A stretch of 53,961 nt of DNA from Anaerolineales bacterium (lineage in GTDB: Bacteria > Chloroflexota > Anaerolineae > Anaerolineales > RBG-16-64-43), in the NCBI GenBank assembly GCA_049684495.1, contig JBAVFZ010000279.1:1-53961 (forward strand). Direction: 5' to 3'. Position numbers and translations under genes: made by a program. A model generated the notes under the pieces. It was not told where the DNA came from, did no database searches, and was given only the letters and a program-made list of their open reading frames with translations. Positions 19,445 to 28,122 of the stretch are shown here, piece after piece (the first letter of the stretch is position 1; the number at the start of each line of letters is the position of its first letter).

Positions 19445-20644
19445 ATGGAAACGATCGAATTCTCGATTTTGGACCACGGTGCGGAAGCGGTGAAGGTGAT
19501 GCGTTCCGCACTCGCCCGGTTCGAACACGGGCACCGCATTCATGTCAACCTCGAAGTGATCCCCCACCAGGGCGCCTGGGCGCGCATGGTCCAGATCGCC
19601 CTTTACGGCGACGGTCCCGCCGTGTCCGAGATCGGCAGCAGCTGGGTCAGCGATATGGTGATGATGAACGCCCTGAGGCCGCTGAGCGAAAAAGAAGTGG
19701 CGCAACTGGGCGGGGAGGAAAGTTACCTGCCGGCCAGCTGGCAAAGCGCCCGGGCGATCCACGACTCGTTGAACAGCGATGGATATGCCTGGGCGATACC
19801 CTGGGTGGCGGACACGCGCCTTATTTACTACCGCAAAGACGTGCTCGTCCGGGCCGGCCAGGATTTACGCGAGGCGTTTTCCGATCACGCCGAGTTGGAG
19901 GGCTGTCTGGAGGCTCTCCGCGGCCACGGGGTGGAGGTTCCCCTGGTCCTGCCGACGCACCATTCGCGCATCAATCTGCATCTCCTGGCCGGCTGGGTAT
20001 GGGCTTCCGGGGCGGATTTTCTTTCCGAAGACGGCCAGCAGGCGGTCTTCGATTCACCGGAGGCGCTGGACGGAATGGAAAAATTCTTCCGCCTGAGCCG
20101 TTTCCTCCATCCTTCCGCGCGCCGGCTGGACGATGCGCAGTCGGACGCGCTGTTCCGGCAGGGCCGGGCCGCGTTGGCGATCAGCGGCCCGTGGCTGTTC
20201 CATAACCTTGACGAGGACGCGACGCTGAAAGAGCAGTATGCCGTCGCCGTTCCCCCGGGTGTGCCGTTCGTGGGCGGATTTCACCTGGTGATCTGGAAAC
20301 ATACCCGCCAGGAGGGCGCCGCCCTGAAACTGATCGAATTCCTCGCCGGGAAGGAGCTCCCGGAAGAACTCTTCCCCTCGTTTTCCCTGCCAGCCCGGGT
20401 GGATATCCTGGCCCGCAGCAGGTTCGCCGCCCACCCTTTCTACCGGGTGATGAGTTCGGCCATGCGGGCCGGCCGGTCCTTCCGGACCGTTTGGATGTGG
20501 GGAATGCTCGAGAACCGCCTGTACGAAGCCGTGCAGCTTTTGTGGGATAAAGTCCTTTCCGAACCGGAGGCGGATTTCCGCGCCACGCTCGAAACGCATA
20601 TGCACCAACTCGTAAAACGCATCAACCTCAAACTGGGTTCATAA
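19445..20644 (+). CDS. solute-binding-protein-fold (SBP family 1) protein lacking any signal peptide
   Basis: The SBP_bac_1-like body starts at residue 1 (METIEFSILDHG...; WAIPWVADTRLIYYRKDVL; ALAISGPW; GGFHLVIWK). SD GGAAGAGGA. An in-frame TGA at 19388-19390 leaves no room for a leader. Confidence 0.8.
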   Translation: METIEFSILDHGAEAVKVMRSALARFEHGHRIHVNLEVIPHQGAWARMVQIALYGDGPAVSEIGSSWVSDMVMMNALRPLSEKEVAQLGGEESYLPASWQSARAIHDSLNSDGYAWAIPWVADTRLIYYRKDVLVRAGQDLREAFSDHAELEGCLEALRGHGVEVPLVLPTHHSRINLHLLAGWVWASGADFLSEDGQQAVFDSPEALDGMEKFFRLSRFLHPSARRLDDAQSDALFRQGRAALAISGPWLFHNLDEDATLKEQYAVAVPPGVPFVGGFHLVIWKHTRQEGAALKLIEFLAGKELPEELFPSFSLPARVDILARSRFAAHPFYRVMSSAMRAGRSFRTVWMWGMLENRLYEAVQLLWDKVLSEPEADFRATLETHMHQLVKRINLKLGS

Positions 20645-20675
20645 TCCATCACCGAGCCTCTTCGGACCGAATGCC

Positions 20676-23600
20676 ATGCCAGCGGAATTTGACGCCCTGA
20701 ACCGCTTCATCCTCCCCGCGTTTCCCGCCAAGCGGCCGTTCTCCAGCTTCCTGCCGGGGATCGCCGGCCCGCTGGGGATTCCCATGTGGGTCTTCTACGT
20801 CAACCGCGGGCAGGGGATTGCCGGCTTCGGCGTGGAAAGCAAGGACTCCTCCTTGATGGAATTCCAGCCCGCCCAACGGGCCTACCAGTCCACCGCGTTG
20901 CTTGGATTCCGCACCTTCCTGCGCGGCCGGCGGAATGGTCTGGCATGGACTCATGAGCCGTTTTCACCCTGGCAAGACGGAGATGCCGAACGGACCATGT
21001 ACATCGGCCTGAACGAGTTCGAGATCGAGGAACGCCATGCGGGCCTCGGCCTGCAGGTCAATGTGCTGTATTTCGTCCTCCCGGGTGAGCCGTTCGCCGG
21101 GCTGGTGCGCCGGGTGAGCCTGGAGAACATGGGCTCATCCCCGCTGGCCCTTGAACTGCTCGACGGCCTGCCGGCTTTAATACCTTTTGGAGCCGACAAC
21201 GGCTCGCTCAAGCGTATGGGCCGCACCCTCGAAGCCTGGATGGAGGTCGTCCATCACCGGGAAAGACTCCCCTTTTACCGTCTTAAGGCCAGCCCGGGTG
21301 ATTCCCTCCATGTGCGAGCGATCAACGCGGGTAATTATGCCCTGGCGTTCCTGGAGGGGGAACTCCTGCCGGTGGCCGTCGACCCGCAGGTTATTTTCGG
21401 AATGGACACCACCCTGGCCTTTCCCCGTATTTTCCTCGACGCCGGCTTGCCGGCCGTGATGGAGGCGGCTCAAACCACCCAGGGCCGCACGCCCTGCGCC
21501 CTGTTTGGCGCCCAATTGGAAATCCCTCCCGGCGCCAAGCGGGTTATTACCAGCCTGTACGGCCAATTCTCCCAGGTGGAGACCCTCTCGGCGGGCGTGG
21601 CGCCGCTCCTCGTCCCGGGCGCCATCTCCGCCAAACTGGACCAGGCGCGCCGCCTGACGCTTGACCTGACCGATGCCATTCGCACCGCCTCCGCCTCCCC
21701 TCTCTTCGACGGCTACTGCCGCCAGACCTTCCTCGACAACCTGATGCGCGGCGGGTATCCGCTGGTGCTGGGCGGAAAACATATTTATCACATCTACTCG
21801 CGCCGTCACGGCGATCTTGAGCGCGACTACAATCCGTTCGTGCTCGACCCGGAATTTTATTCGCAGGGCGAAGGCAATTACCGGGATATCAACCAAAATC
21901 GGCGCAACGATGTCTTCTTCGTTCCTCAGGCCGGCGAGTTCAATCTTCGCCTGTTCATGAGCCTGATCCAGGCCGACGGGTTCAACCCCCTCGTGGTCAA
22001 AGGAGTCACGTTCACCCTGCCGCCCGAAGCCATCCCGGCTCTCTTGGACTCGGCCGGAGAACCGGCGGTTCTAAAGGAAGTGCTCGCCGGCCCGTTCACC
22101 CCCGGGCAACTGCTCGCCGCCGCCCAACAAGCGGGATTGCGCACATCCGCCCAGGATTTTCTCGAACAGGTGCTTGGCCGGGCCCGGCAGAACATCCGGG
22201 CCGCCCATGGCGAGGGGTATTGGACGGATCATTGGACTTACAACCTTGATCTGATCGAGTCTTTTCTGACGGTCCACCCGGAGAAGCGCCGGCAGATTCT
22301 TTTCGATTCGGATCCGCTGGCCTTCTTCGACAGCGCCGTGAACATCCGCCCGCGCGACGAGCGCTTTGTTCTCGACGAGGGCCGGCCGCGACAGACCAAT
22401 GCGCTGGCTCCCGACCCGGAAAAGGCGGCTTTGATCGACGGGCGGGAGGAATTTGCCTGCTGGGCCAGGACGGATCACGGGCGGGGAGAGATTTTCCGCC
22501 TGCCGTTGTTCTCGAAACTGGTCCTGCTGGCCGCCCTGAAATTCGCCGCTCTCGATGCCTCCGGCTTGGGAGTCCAGATGGAAGCCGGCCGCCCCGGCTG
22601 GTGCGACGCCCTTAATGGCCTGCCGGCCCTGTTCGGCTCGTCGATGGCGGAAACGTATGAATTGCTCCGCCTGGTCGAATTCCTGGTGGAGGCGCTGGCG
22701 GAGACGCCCCGGGAAACGGAACTGCCGGTCGAAGCATCGGACCTGTTGCGGGCCATACGTTACGTCTTGACAAATGATCTCCCCGCCTTCGATGGCTGGG
22801 AACGCCTTTCGAGCGCGCTGGAAGGTTATCGCGAGGCCACCCGGCTCGGATTCGATGGCGCCACGGAACGCCCGGTTCTGGTCGATCTCCTGCGGGACAT
22901 GCACAGGCGGCTGCAGGATGGGATCGCCCGGGCCGAGTCCCTGGCGGAAGATTTCCCGCCCACGTATTTCATGCATACCGTGAAATCCTACGAACGAACC
23001 GGTCGCAACGACGCGCAAGGACGCCCGCTCATCCGAGTTACGGCGTTCGAACCCGCCGCGCTCCCCCCTTTTCTGGAGGGGGCTGTGCGCCGGATGAGGA
23101 CTCTCGGTCCGGAGGATGTCCGGAGTCTTCACGCCCGGGTGCGGGACAGCAGCCTGTTCGACAACAAGCTCCGCATGTACCGGTTGAATGCCAGCTTGGA
23201 AGCCCTGCCGCATGAGATCGGCCGGGCGCGCGCCTTCACGCCCGGTTGGCTGGAAAACGAGTCGGTTTGGATGCACATGGAATTCAAGTACCTGCTGGAA
23301 CTGTTGCGCGCCGGCCTTTATAAGGAGTTTTACGCCGATCTGAAAAACAGCCTGCCCGCCTTCCTGGACCCGGAGATCTACGGCCGCAGTCCGCTGGAAA
23401 ACTCCTCCTTCATCGCCTCGAGCGCCCATCCCGACCCGGCCATGCATGGGAACGGATTCGTCGCCCGGTTGAGCGGTTCGACCGCCGAATTTCTGAGCCT
23501 TTGGGTGCGGATGACCGCCGGGCCGCAGCCGTTCCGCCTCAGCGGCGACGCGCTTTTCCTGGACCTGCGTCCGGCTTTGCCCGGCTGGCTGTTCAGGGAA

Positions 23601-23816
23601 GACGGCACTTTTTCGTTTCGCTTCCTCGGCCTGTGCGAGATCACCTATCACAATCCGGCCAGGAAAGACACCTTTGCCGACGGGATATCGGCCCGGCGGT
23701 TCGTATTGCATCCGCGTGGTGGCGAACCGGTAATTCTGGAAGGGGATGTTGTCCTGCCGCCGTATGCGGCCATGTTGCGGGACGGGGAGATCGGGAAGAT
23801 CGACATTTTCTTTTAA
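20676..23816 (+). CDS. large (1046 aa) clan GH-Q (GH94-like) glycoside phosphorylase-like protein, candidate beta-glucan phosphorylase (GH149/GH161-like or divergent GH94)
   Basis: Motifs parallel to those in the neighbouring GH94 gene: GNYRDINQNRRND (cf. RDxxQD), PGWCDALNG (cf. DWNDAL; Asp644, nt 22605-22607), ENESVWMHME (cf. ENGAMFTHM). No signal peptide. I cannot fix the family or subfamily without HMM searches. Confidence 0.7.
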   Translation: MPAEFDALNRFILPAFPAKRPFSSFLPGIAGPLGIPMWVFYVNRGQGIAGFGVESKDSSLMEFQPAQRAYQSTALLGFRTFLRGRRNGLAWTHEPFSPWQDGDAERTMYIGLNEFEIEERHAGLGLQVNVLYFVLPGEPFAGLVRRVSLENMGSSPLALELLDGLPALIPFGADNGSLKRMGRTLEAWMEVVHHRERLPFYRLKASPGDSLHVRAINAGNYALAFLEGELLPVAVDPQVIFGMDTTLAFPRIFLDAGLPAVMEAAQTTQGRTPCALFGAQLEIPPGAKRVITSLYGQFSQVETLSAGVAPLLVPGAISAKLDQARRLTLDLTDAIRTASASPLFDGYCRQTFLDNLMRGGYPLVLGGKHIYHIYSRRHGDLERDYNPFVLDPEFYSQGEGNYRDINQNRRNDVFFVPQAGEFNLRLFMSLIQADGFNPLVVKGVTFTLPPEAIPALLDSAGEPAVLKEVLAGPFTPGQLLAAAQQAGLRTSAQDFLEQVLGRARQNIRAAHGEGYWTDHWTYNLDLIESFLTVHPEKRRQILFDSDPLAFFDSAVNIRPRDERFVLDEGRPRQTNALAPDPEKAALIDGREEFACWARTDHGRGEIFRLPLFSKLVLLAALKFAALDASGLGVQMEAGRPGWCDALNGLPALFGSSMAETYELLRLVEFLVEALAETPRETELPVEASDLLRAIRYVLTNDLPAFDGWERLSSALEGYREATRLGFDGATERPVLVDLLRDMHRRLQDGIARAESLAEDFPPTYFMHTVKSYERTGRNDAQGRPLIRVTAFEPAALPPFLEGAVRRMRTLGPEDVRSLHARVRDSSLFDNKLRMYRLNASLEALPHEIGRARAFTPGWLENESVWMHMEFKYLLELLRAGLYKEFYADLKNSLPAFLDPEIYGRSPLENSSFIASSAHPDPAMHGNGFVARLSGSTAEFLSLWVRMTAGPQPFRLSGDALFLDLRPALPGWLFREDGTFSFRFLGLCEITYHNPARKDTFADGISARRFVLHPRGGEPVILEGDVVLPPYAAMLRDGEIGKIDIFF

Positions 23817-23844
23817 CAGGGCGATGAAAAAGGAATAACCGGCC

Positions 23845-23955
23845 GTCGTTGCGAGCGACCCCTTCGCTCCGCTCAGGGCAGGCTCCGGGAGCGAAGCAAT
23901 CTCCCCCTTTATAAAAAGAAGGAGATTGCTTCGTCGCTTCGCTCCTCGCAATGAC
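23845..23955. repeat. palindromic intergenic element, copy A (MITE/REP-like)
   Basis: Termini are GTCGTTGCGAG...CTCGCAATGAC. The inner arms GGAGCGAAGCAATCTCC and GGAGATTGCTTCG... form a hairpin. The 35-nt arm 23921-23955 is the exact reverse complement of 29948-29982. Confidence 0.8.
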
Positions 23956-24015
23956 TCCTCTACCTATTTCAACACCCTGTTAATACCAATAATATCTGGC
24001 GATAGGAGTGATGCC

Positions 24016-26715
24016 ATGAAACCGTCATCACAATCCGGTTGGCGTTTTATCGACAAGCACGGCACATTCGAACTTAAGGATCCGCAGGATACCGGTTATC
24101 TGTTTCTCCCCCTGGTCAATCAAGGCGGGATGTTCTCCTGCGTCACGCCCGCCTTCAACGGCGACGCGAAAGCCGACCAGAATGCCTTCCTGCTTCTGCC
24201 GACATCGGTGGAGGATTTGCACAACAGCCGGGCGGCGCGTAATTTCTGGGTGACGGTGAACGGATGTCCCTGGTCCGTCACCGGCAACAGCGCCGAACAG
24301 AATGCCCGCGGCGGTGAATCCGTCCGCCTGCGGGCGGGCTTCCTGTGGCAGTCGGTTGGTCGCACGCATCCCTCCGGCCGGCTGCGGGCCGAAGTGACTT
24401 CATTCGTCCCGGCGGGGGAGGACAGGGTCGAAATTATGCGCGTGGTACTGACCAACTGCGGGAAGCGGAGTCTTACCCTGACCCCCACCGCGGCCATCCC
24501 GATCTTCGGCCGTTCCGCCGACAACCTGCGCGACCACCGTCACGTGACCTCCCTGCTGCATCGCGTGGCCTGTCACCGTCATGGGGTGATCGTCCGCCCG
24601 ACTCTATCCTTCGATGAACGCGGGCATACCGTCAACCGGCTGCGGTACGCGGTTCTGGGAGCCGTGGGCGATGGAATCCCGCCGGAGGGCTTCTTCCCGC
24701 TGGTGGAGGATTTCATCGGCGAGGGCGGCACGCTGGATTGGCCGAAGGCGGTCGTCGGCAATCTTCCGCCGACCCAAGCCGAAGGTCCCGCCCCGGCCGG
24801 GTACGAATCCATCGGCGCGCTGCGCTTCGCCGATCAGACCCTGCGACCGGGACAATCGGCCACGTATGTGATCGTTCTGGCGATCCTCTCCGAGGAACAG
24901 GATCTGGAGGTGCTGCTCTCCCGGTATGCCTCCGCGGAACGCAGCGAGCATTGGCTTTCGGAGACGCGCTCCTTCTGGACGAATAAGCTGGCCGCCCTGC
25001 GGTTCGAGACCGGCGACGCACGTTTCGACGGCTGGCTGCAATGGGTGGCGCTTCAGCCCATTCTGCGGCGCTGGATGGGCAATTCTTTCCTGCCGTACCA
25101 CGATTATGGCCGCGGCGGACGCGGTTGGCGGGACCTGTGGCAGGACGCCCTGGCGCTGCAGCTGACCGAGGGCGGGAACATCGCCGAGATGCTGGCGGAA
25201 AATTTTGCCGGGGTGCGCATGGATGGCAGCAATGCCACCATCATCGGCAGCCGGCCCGGCGAGTTCAAAGCGGACCGCAACAACATTCCGCGGGTCTGGA
25301 TGGATCACGGCGCATGGCCGCTGCTGACCGTCCAGCTGTACCTGGACCTGACCGGCGACCTGGATTTTCTGCTGCGCGGGCAAACCTACTTCAAGGACCA
25401 CCTTTCCCATCGTTGCACCAGAAGCGACCCCGATTGGACCCCGGCTCAAGGCACCCGCCTGACAACAGCGGGCGGGGAACCGGCGCGGGGCACGCTGCTG
25501 GAGCATCTGCTCGTCCAGCACCTAGCGGCTTTCCACAACGTCGGCGGGCACAACATCCTCCGCCTCGAAGGAGCGGATTGGAACGACGCGCTGGATATGG
25601 CGGCCGAAAAAGGCGAGAGCGTGGCCTTCACGGCGCTTTATGCGGCCAACCTGCGCGTCTTGAGCGGCTTCTGCCTGGCACTGGCCGGGAAAGGCGTCAC
25701 GAGCGTTTCCCTGGCCGAGGAGTTAACCGGCCTGCTGGACCCTGAAGAATATGATTCCGTGGAATCCAAGCAGAGGCAATTGCAGGATTATTTCAACCGG
25801 GTGGCCCATGCGGTCAGCGGCCGGAAGAAGGATATCCGCTCCGCTGATCTGGCAGGCAACCTGCGGAGAAAAGCCGATTGGCTGACCGGCCATCTGCGCG
25901 GGCAGGAATTCCTGACGGATCGGAACGGATTCAGCTGGTTCAACGGGTATTACGACAACGACGGCCGGCGGGTGGAAGGGGATTTCCCGCTGGGAACGCG
26001 GATGACCCTCACGGGCCAGGTTTTCCCTCTGATGGGGGAGGTTGCCTCCGACGCGCAAGCCCGGGAGATTATCCGTTCCGCCGACCATTACCTGTTCGAC
26101 GAAGGCGTGGGAGGCTACCGTTTGAACACCGACTTTGGCGAGTGCGCGAACAATCTGGGGCGGGCCTTCGGGTTCGCTTTTGGGCATAAGGAAAACGGAG
26201 CCATGTTCACGCACATGGCGGTCATGTTCGCCAACGCCCTCTACAAACGCGGCATGGCCGCCGAGGGTTGGCGTGTGTTGGAGGGGATTTACCGCCACAG
26301 CCAGGATTTCCCCCGCAGCCGGATGTACCCCGGCCTGCCGGAATATGTCAGCCCTCGCGGGCGGGGCATGTATCCCTTTCTGACCGGTTCGGCGGCCTGG
26401 TACCTGCTCACCCTGCTGACGGAAGTCTATGGGGTAAAGGGCCGGTTCGGCGACCTGGTCCTGGCGCCCCGTTTTGCTGCGGATCAGTTCTCCGCCGGAG
26501 GAGGGCCGAAGGTGCAGTTCGTGTTCGCCGGGAAGGCGCTTGAGATCGAGTATCGAAATCCCGGACGCCGGTCCGGCGCGGAGTGCCGGGTGGCGGCGGT
26601 CGAGGTCAACGGCACACGCCGGGAGACCCTCCCGGATGCCAGCGAGGTAATCATTCCCCGCAAAGAGGTTTCCGCCTGGCCGGAGCAAACGCACCTTGTC
26701 GTTCAGCTCGGATGA
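24016..26715 (+). CDS. GH94-family glycoside phosphorylase (laminaribiose/cellobiose-phosphorylase-like), 899 aa
   Basis: RGWRDLWQD, ADWNDALD (nt 25576-25587; catalytic Asp motif) and ENGAMFTHM. The ATG at 24016 has an AGGAG SD. The track extension from 23926 translates the repeat element (MLRRFAPRNDSS). Confidence 0.85.
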   Translation: MKPSSQSGWRFIDKHGTFELKDPQDTGYLFLPLVNQGGMFSCVTPAFNGDAKADQNAFLLLPTSVEDLHNSRAARNFWVTVNGCPWSVTGNSAEQNARGGESVRLRAGFLWQSVGRTHPSGRLRAEVTSFVPAGEDRVEIMRVVLTNCGKRSLTLTPTAAIPIFGRSADNLRDHRHVTSLLHRVACHRHGVIVRPTLSFDERGHTVNRLRYAVLGAVGDGIPPEGFFPLVEDFIGEGGTLDWPKAVVGNLPPTQAEGPAPAGYESIGALRFADQTLRPGQSATYVIVLAILSEEQDLEVLLSRYASAERSEHWLSETRSFWTNKLAALRFETGDARFDGWLQWVALQPILRRWMGNSFLPYHDYGRGGRGWRDLWQDALALQLTEGGNIAEMLAENFAGVRMDGSNATIIGSRPGEFKADRNNIPRVWMDHGAWPLLTVQLYLDLTGDLDFLLRGQTYFKDHLSHRCTRSDPDWTPAQGTRLTTAGGEPARGTLLEHLLVQHLAAFHNVGGHNILRLEGADWNDALDMAAEKGESVAFTALYAANLRVLSGFCLALAGKGVTSVSLAEELTGLLDPEEYDSVESKQRQLQDYFNRVAHAVSGRKKDIRSADLAGNLRRKADWLTGHLRGQEFLTDRNGFSWFNGYYDNDGRRVEGDFPLGTRMTLTGQVFPLMGEVASDAQAREIIRSADHYLFDEGVGGYRLNTDFGECANNLGRAFGFAFGHKENGAMFTHMAVMFANALYKRGMAAEGWRVLEGIYRHSQDFPRSRMYPGLPEYVSPRGRGMYPFLTGSAAWYLLTLLTEVYGVKGRFGDLVLAPRFAADQFSAGGGPKVQFVFAGKALEIEYRNPGRRSGAECRVAAVEVNGTRRETLPDASEVIIPRKEVSAWPEQTHLVVQLG

Positions 26716-26824
26716 TGAATGCGGAGCATGAATGTTGAAAAATAAAAAAACCTTGCCGGTATCTCCAGCGGATCCGGCTCGCGGATATGGATTCTTTGGG
26801 GACACGCTTGGGATTGAAATCGGG

Positions 26825-26852
26825 TTGATGGAGAGCAGTCATCCCCTAAAAT
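26825..26852 (+). promoter_or_regulatory. sigma70-like promoter candidate for the second GH16 gene (TTGATG-N16-TAAAAT)
   Basis: Hexamers at 26825-26830 and 26847-26852, read directly. They are followed by a tandem GCCATGC repeat (26862-26868 and 26871-26877). Confidence 0.3.
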
Positions 26853-26960
26853 TATGATCATGCCATGCTTGCCATGCGCGGGCAATCTCTTTAAACTTGT
26901 CCGACGGGCCGATCCTTCGCCTCCCCATCGCGAATTCCCTTTCCGGAAAGGAAGAACCCC

Positions 26961-27893
26961 ATGCGTTTCCTGATGAACAGCGCTTCGAACTTCCGCCGAC
27001 GCCGGAAGGCGTTCGCCGCATTCCATCCCGGGCTGCTGCTTGGTGCATTCGCCATCGTACTGGCCTCGGTGGGATGCGGCCAGGCGGCCGCCGCCCCGAC
27101 CCAGACGCCTCCCACCCAGACTCCTCCCCTGGTGGATTGGGATTTGAAATGGAGCGACGAGTTCGACGCTCCCGACGGCGCGGGTGTCGACACCAAAAAG
27201 TGGAGGGTTGGCGACACCCCGGCCTCGGCAAACTTGGAGTTGGAGTATTACACCTCCCGGATCGAGAACGTATACATCGAAAATCCGACGGGAAGCAACG
27301 GAGTGCTGGTGATCAAAGCCCTCAAGGGAAAGTACGAAACACGGGAGTATACCTCGGGCCTGCTGACCACCATGGGCAAGTTCGACCAATTGTACGGGCG
27401 CTTCGAAGGCCGTATCCAAATTCCTTTCGGGCAAGGTCTGTGGCCGGCCTTTTGGATGAGGGGCAGCACCGGCGCGTGGCCTCAGGGCGGCGAGATCGAC
27501 ATCATGGAGAATATCGGCAGGGAACCCAACATCGTCCATGCCACCATGCACGGCCCCGGCTACTCGGGAACGAACGGCATCGGCGGCCCGTTTGCCCTGC
27601 CCGAAGGGCAACGGTTTGCCGACGACTTCCATCTCTTTGCGGTTGAATGGGAACCCAATGTCATCCGCTGGTACGTCGATAACCTGCTCTACAAGACCAG
27701 CACACCGGCTGACCTGCCGGAGGGCGCGGAATGGGTCTACGACCACCCCTTCTATCTGCTCCTGAACGTCGCCGTGGGCGGCACCTGGCCCGGAGATCCG
27801 GACGATACGACCGTGTTTCCCCAGACGATGAAGGTCGATTACGTAAGGGTTTACATCCGCCCCGGCGGCTGGCCGAGCGCGACTCCAGAGTAG
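26961..27893 (+). CDS. secreted GH16 endo-beta-1,3-glucanase lipoprotein (paralog 2)
   Basis: GGEIDIMENIG catalytic motif. N-terminus ...FRRRRKAFAAFHPGLLLGAFAIVLASVGC plus a TQTPPTQTPP linker. SD GGAAAGGAAG. Confidence 0.9.
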   Translation: MRFLMNSASNFRRRRKAFAAFHPGLLLGAFAIVLASVGCGQAAAAPTQTPPTQTPPLVDWDLKWSDEFDAPDGAGVDTKKWRVGDTPASANLELEYYTSRIENVYIENPTGSNGVLVIKALKGKYETREYTSGLLTTMGKFDQLYGRFEGRIQIPFGQGLWPAFWMRGSTGAWPQGGEIDIMENIGREPNIVHATMHGPGYSGTNGIGGPFALPEGQRFADDFHLFAVEWEPNVIRWYVDNLLYKTSTPADLPEGAEWVYDHPFYLLLNVAVGGTWPGDPDDTTVFPQTMKVDYVRVYIRPGGWPSATPE

Positions 27894-28122
27894 GCGGGCT
27901 CGCTCCACACCCGCGGCCGCCGCTGCGCCCGGTTCCACAAGCGTAGGCGGAGGAGGGCCGGTGTTTTGTGCCGTGATCCTCCGGTCCTTCGACGGTCCAC
28001 GTCGGGAAACCAGCGATGCCCTGCCGGGGAAGTAGAAAATATCCTCCCCTGGATGTTGCGCCGGCGGCTCATCTTCTCCCGCGTAAACGGGATAATGCCT
28101 TCGGCGCCGTGAAGGAGATCTC

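Noticed and set aside
23926-24015. N-terminal extension of the GH94 ORF (MLRRFAPRNDSSTYFNTLL...), and small ORFs 29882..30100 and 29929..30222.
   Set aside because: These are translations of the palindromic repeat elements. A good SD plus ATG at 24016 gives a normal GH94 N-terminus.
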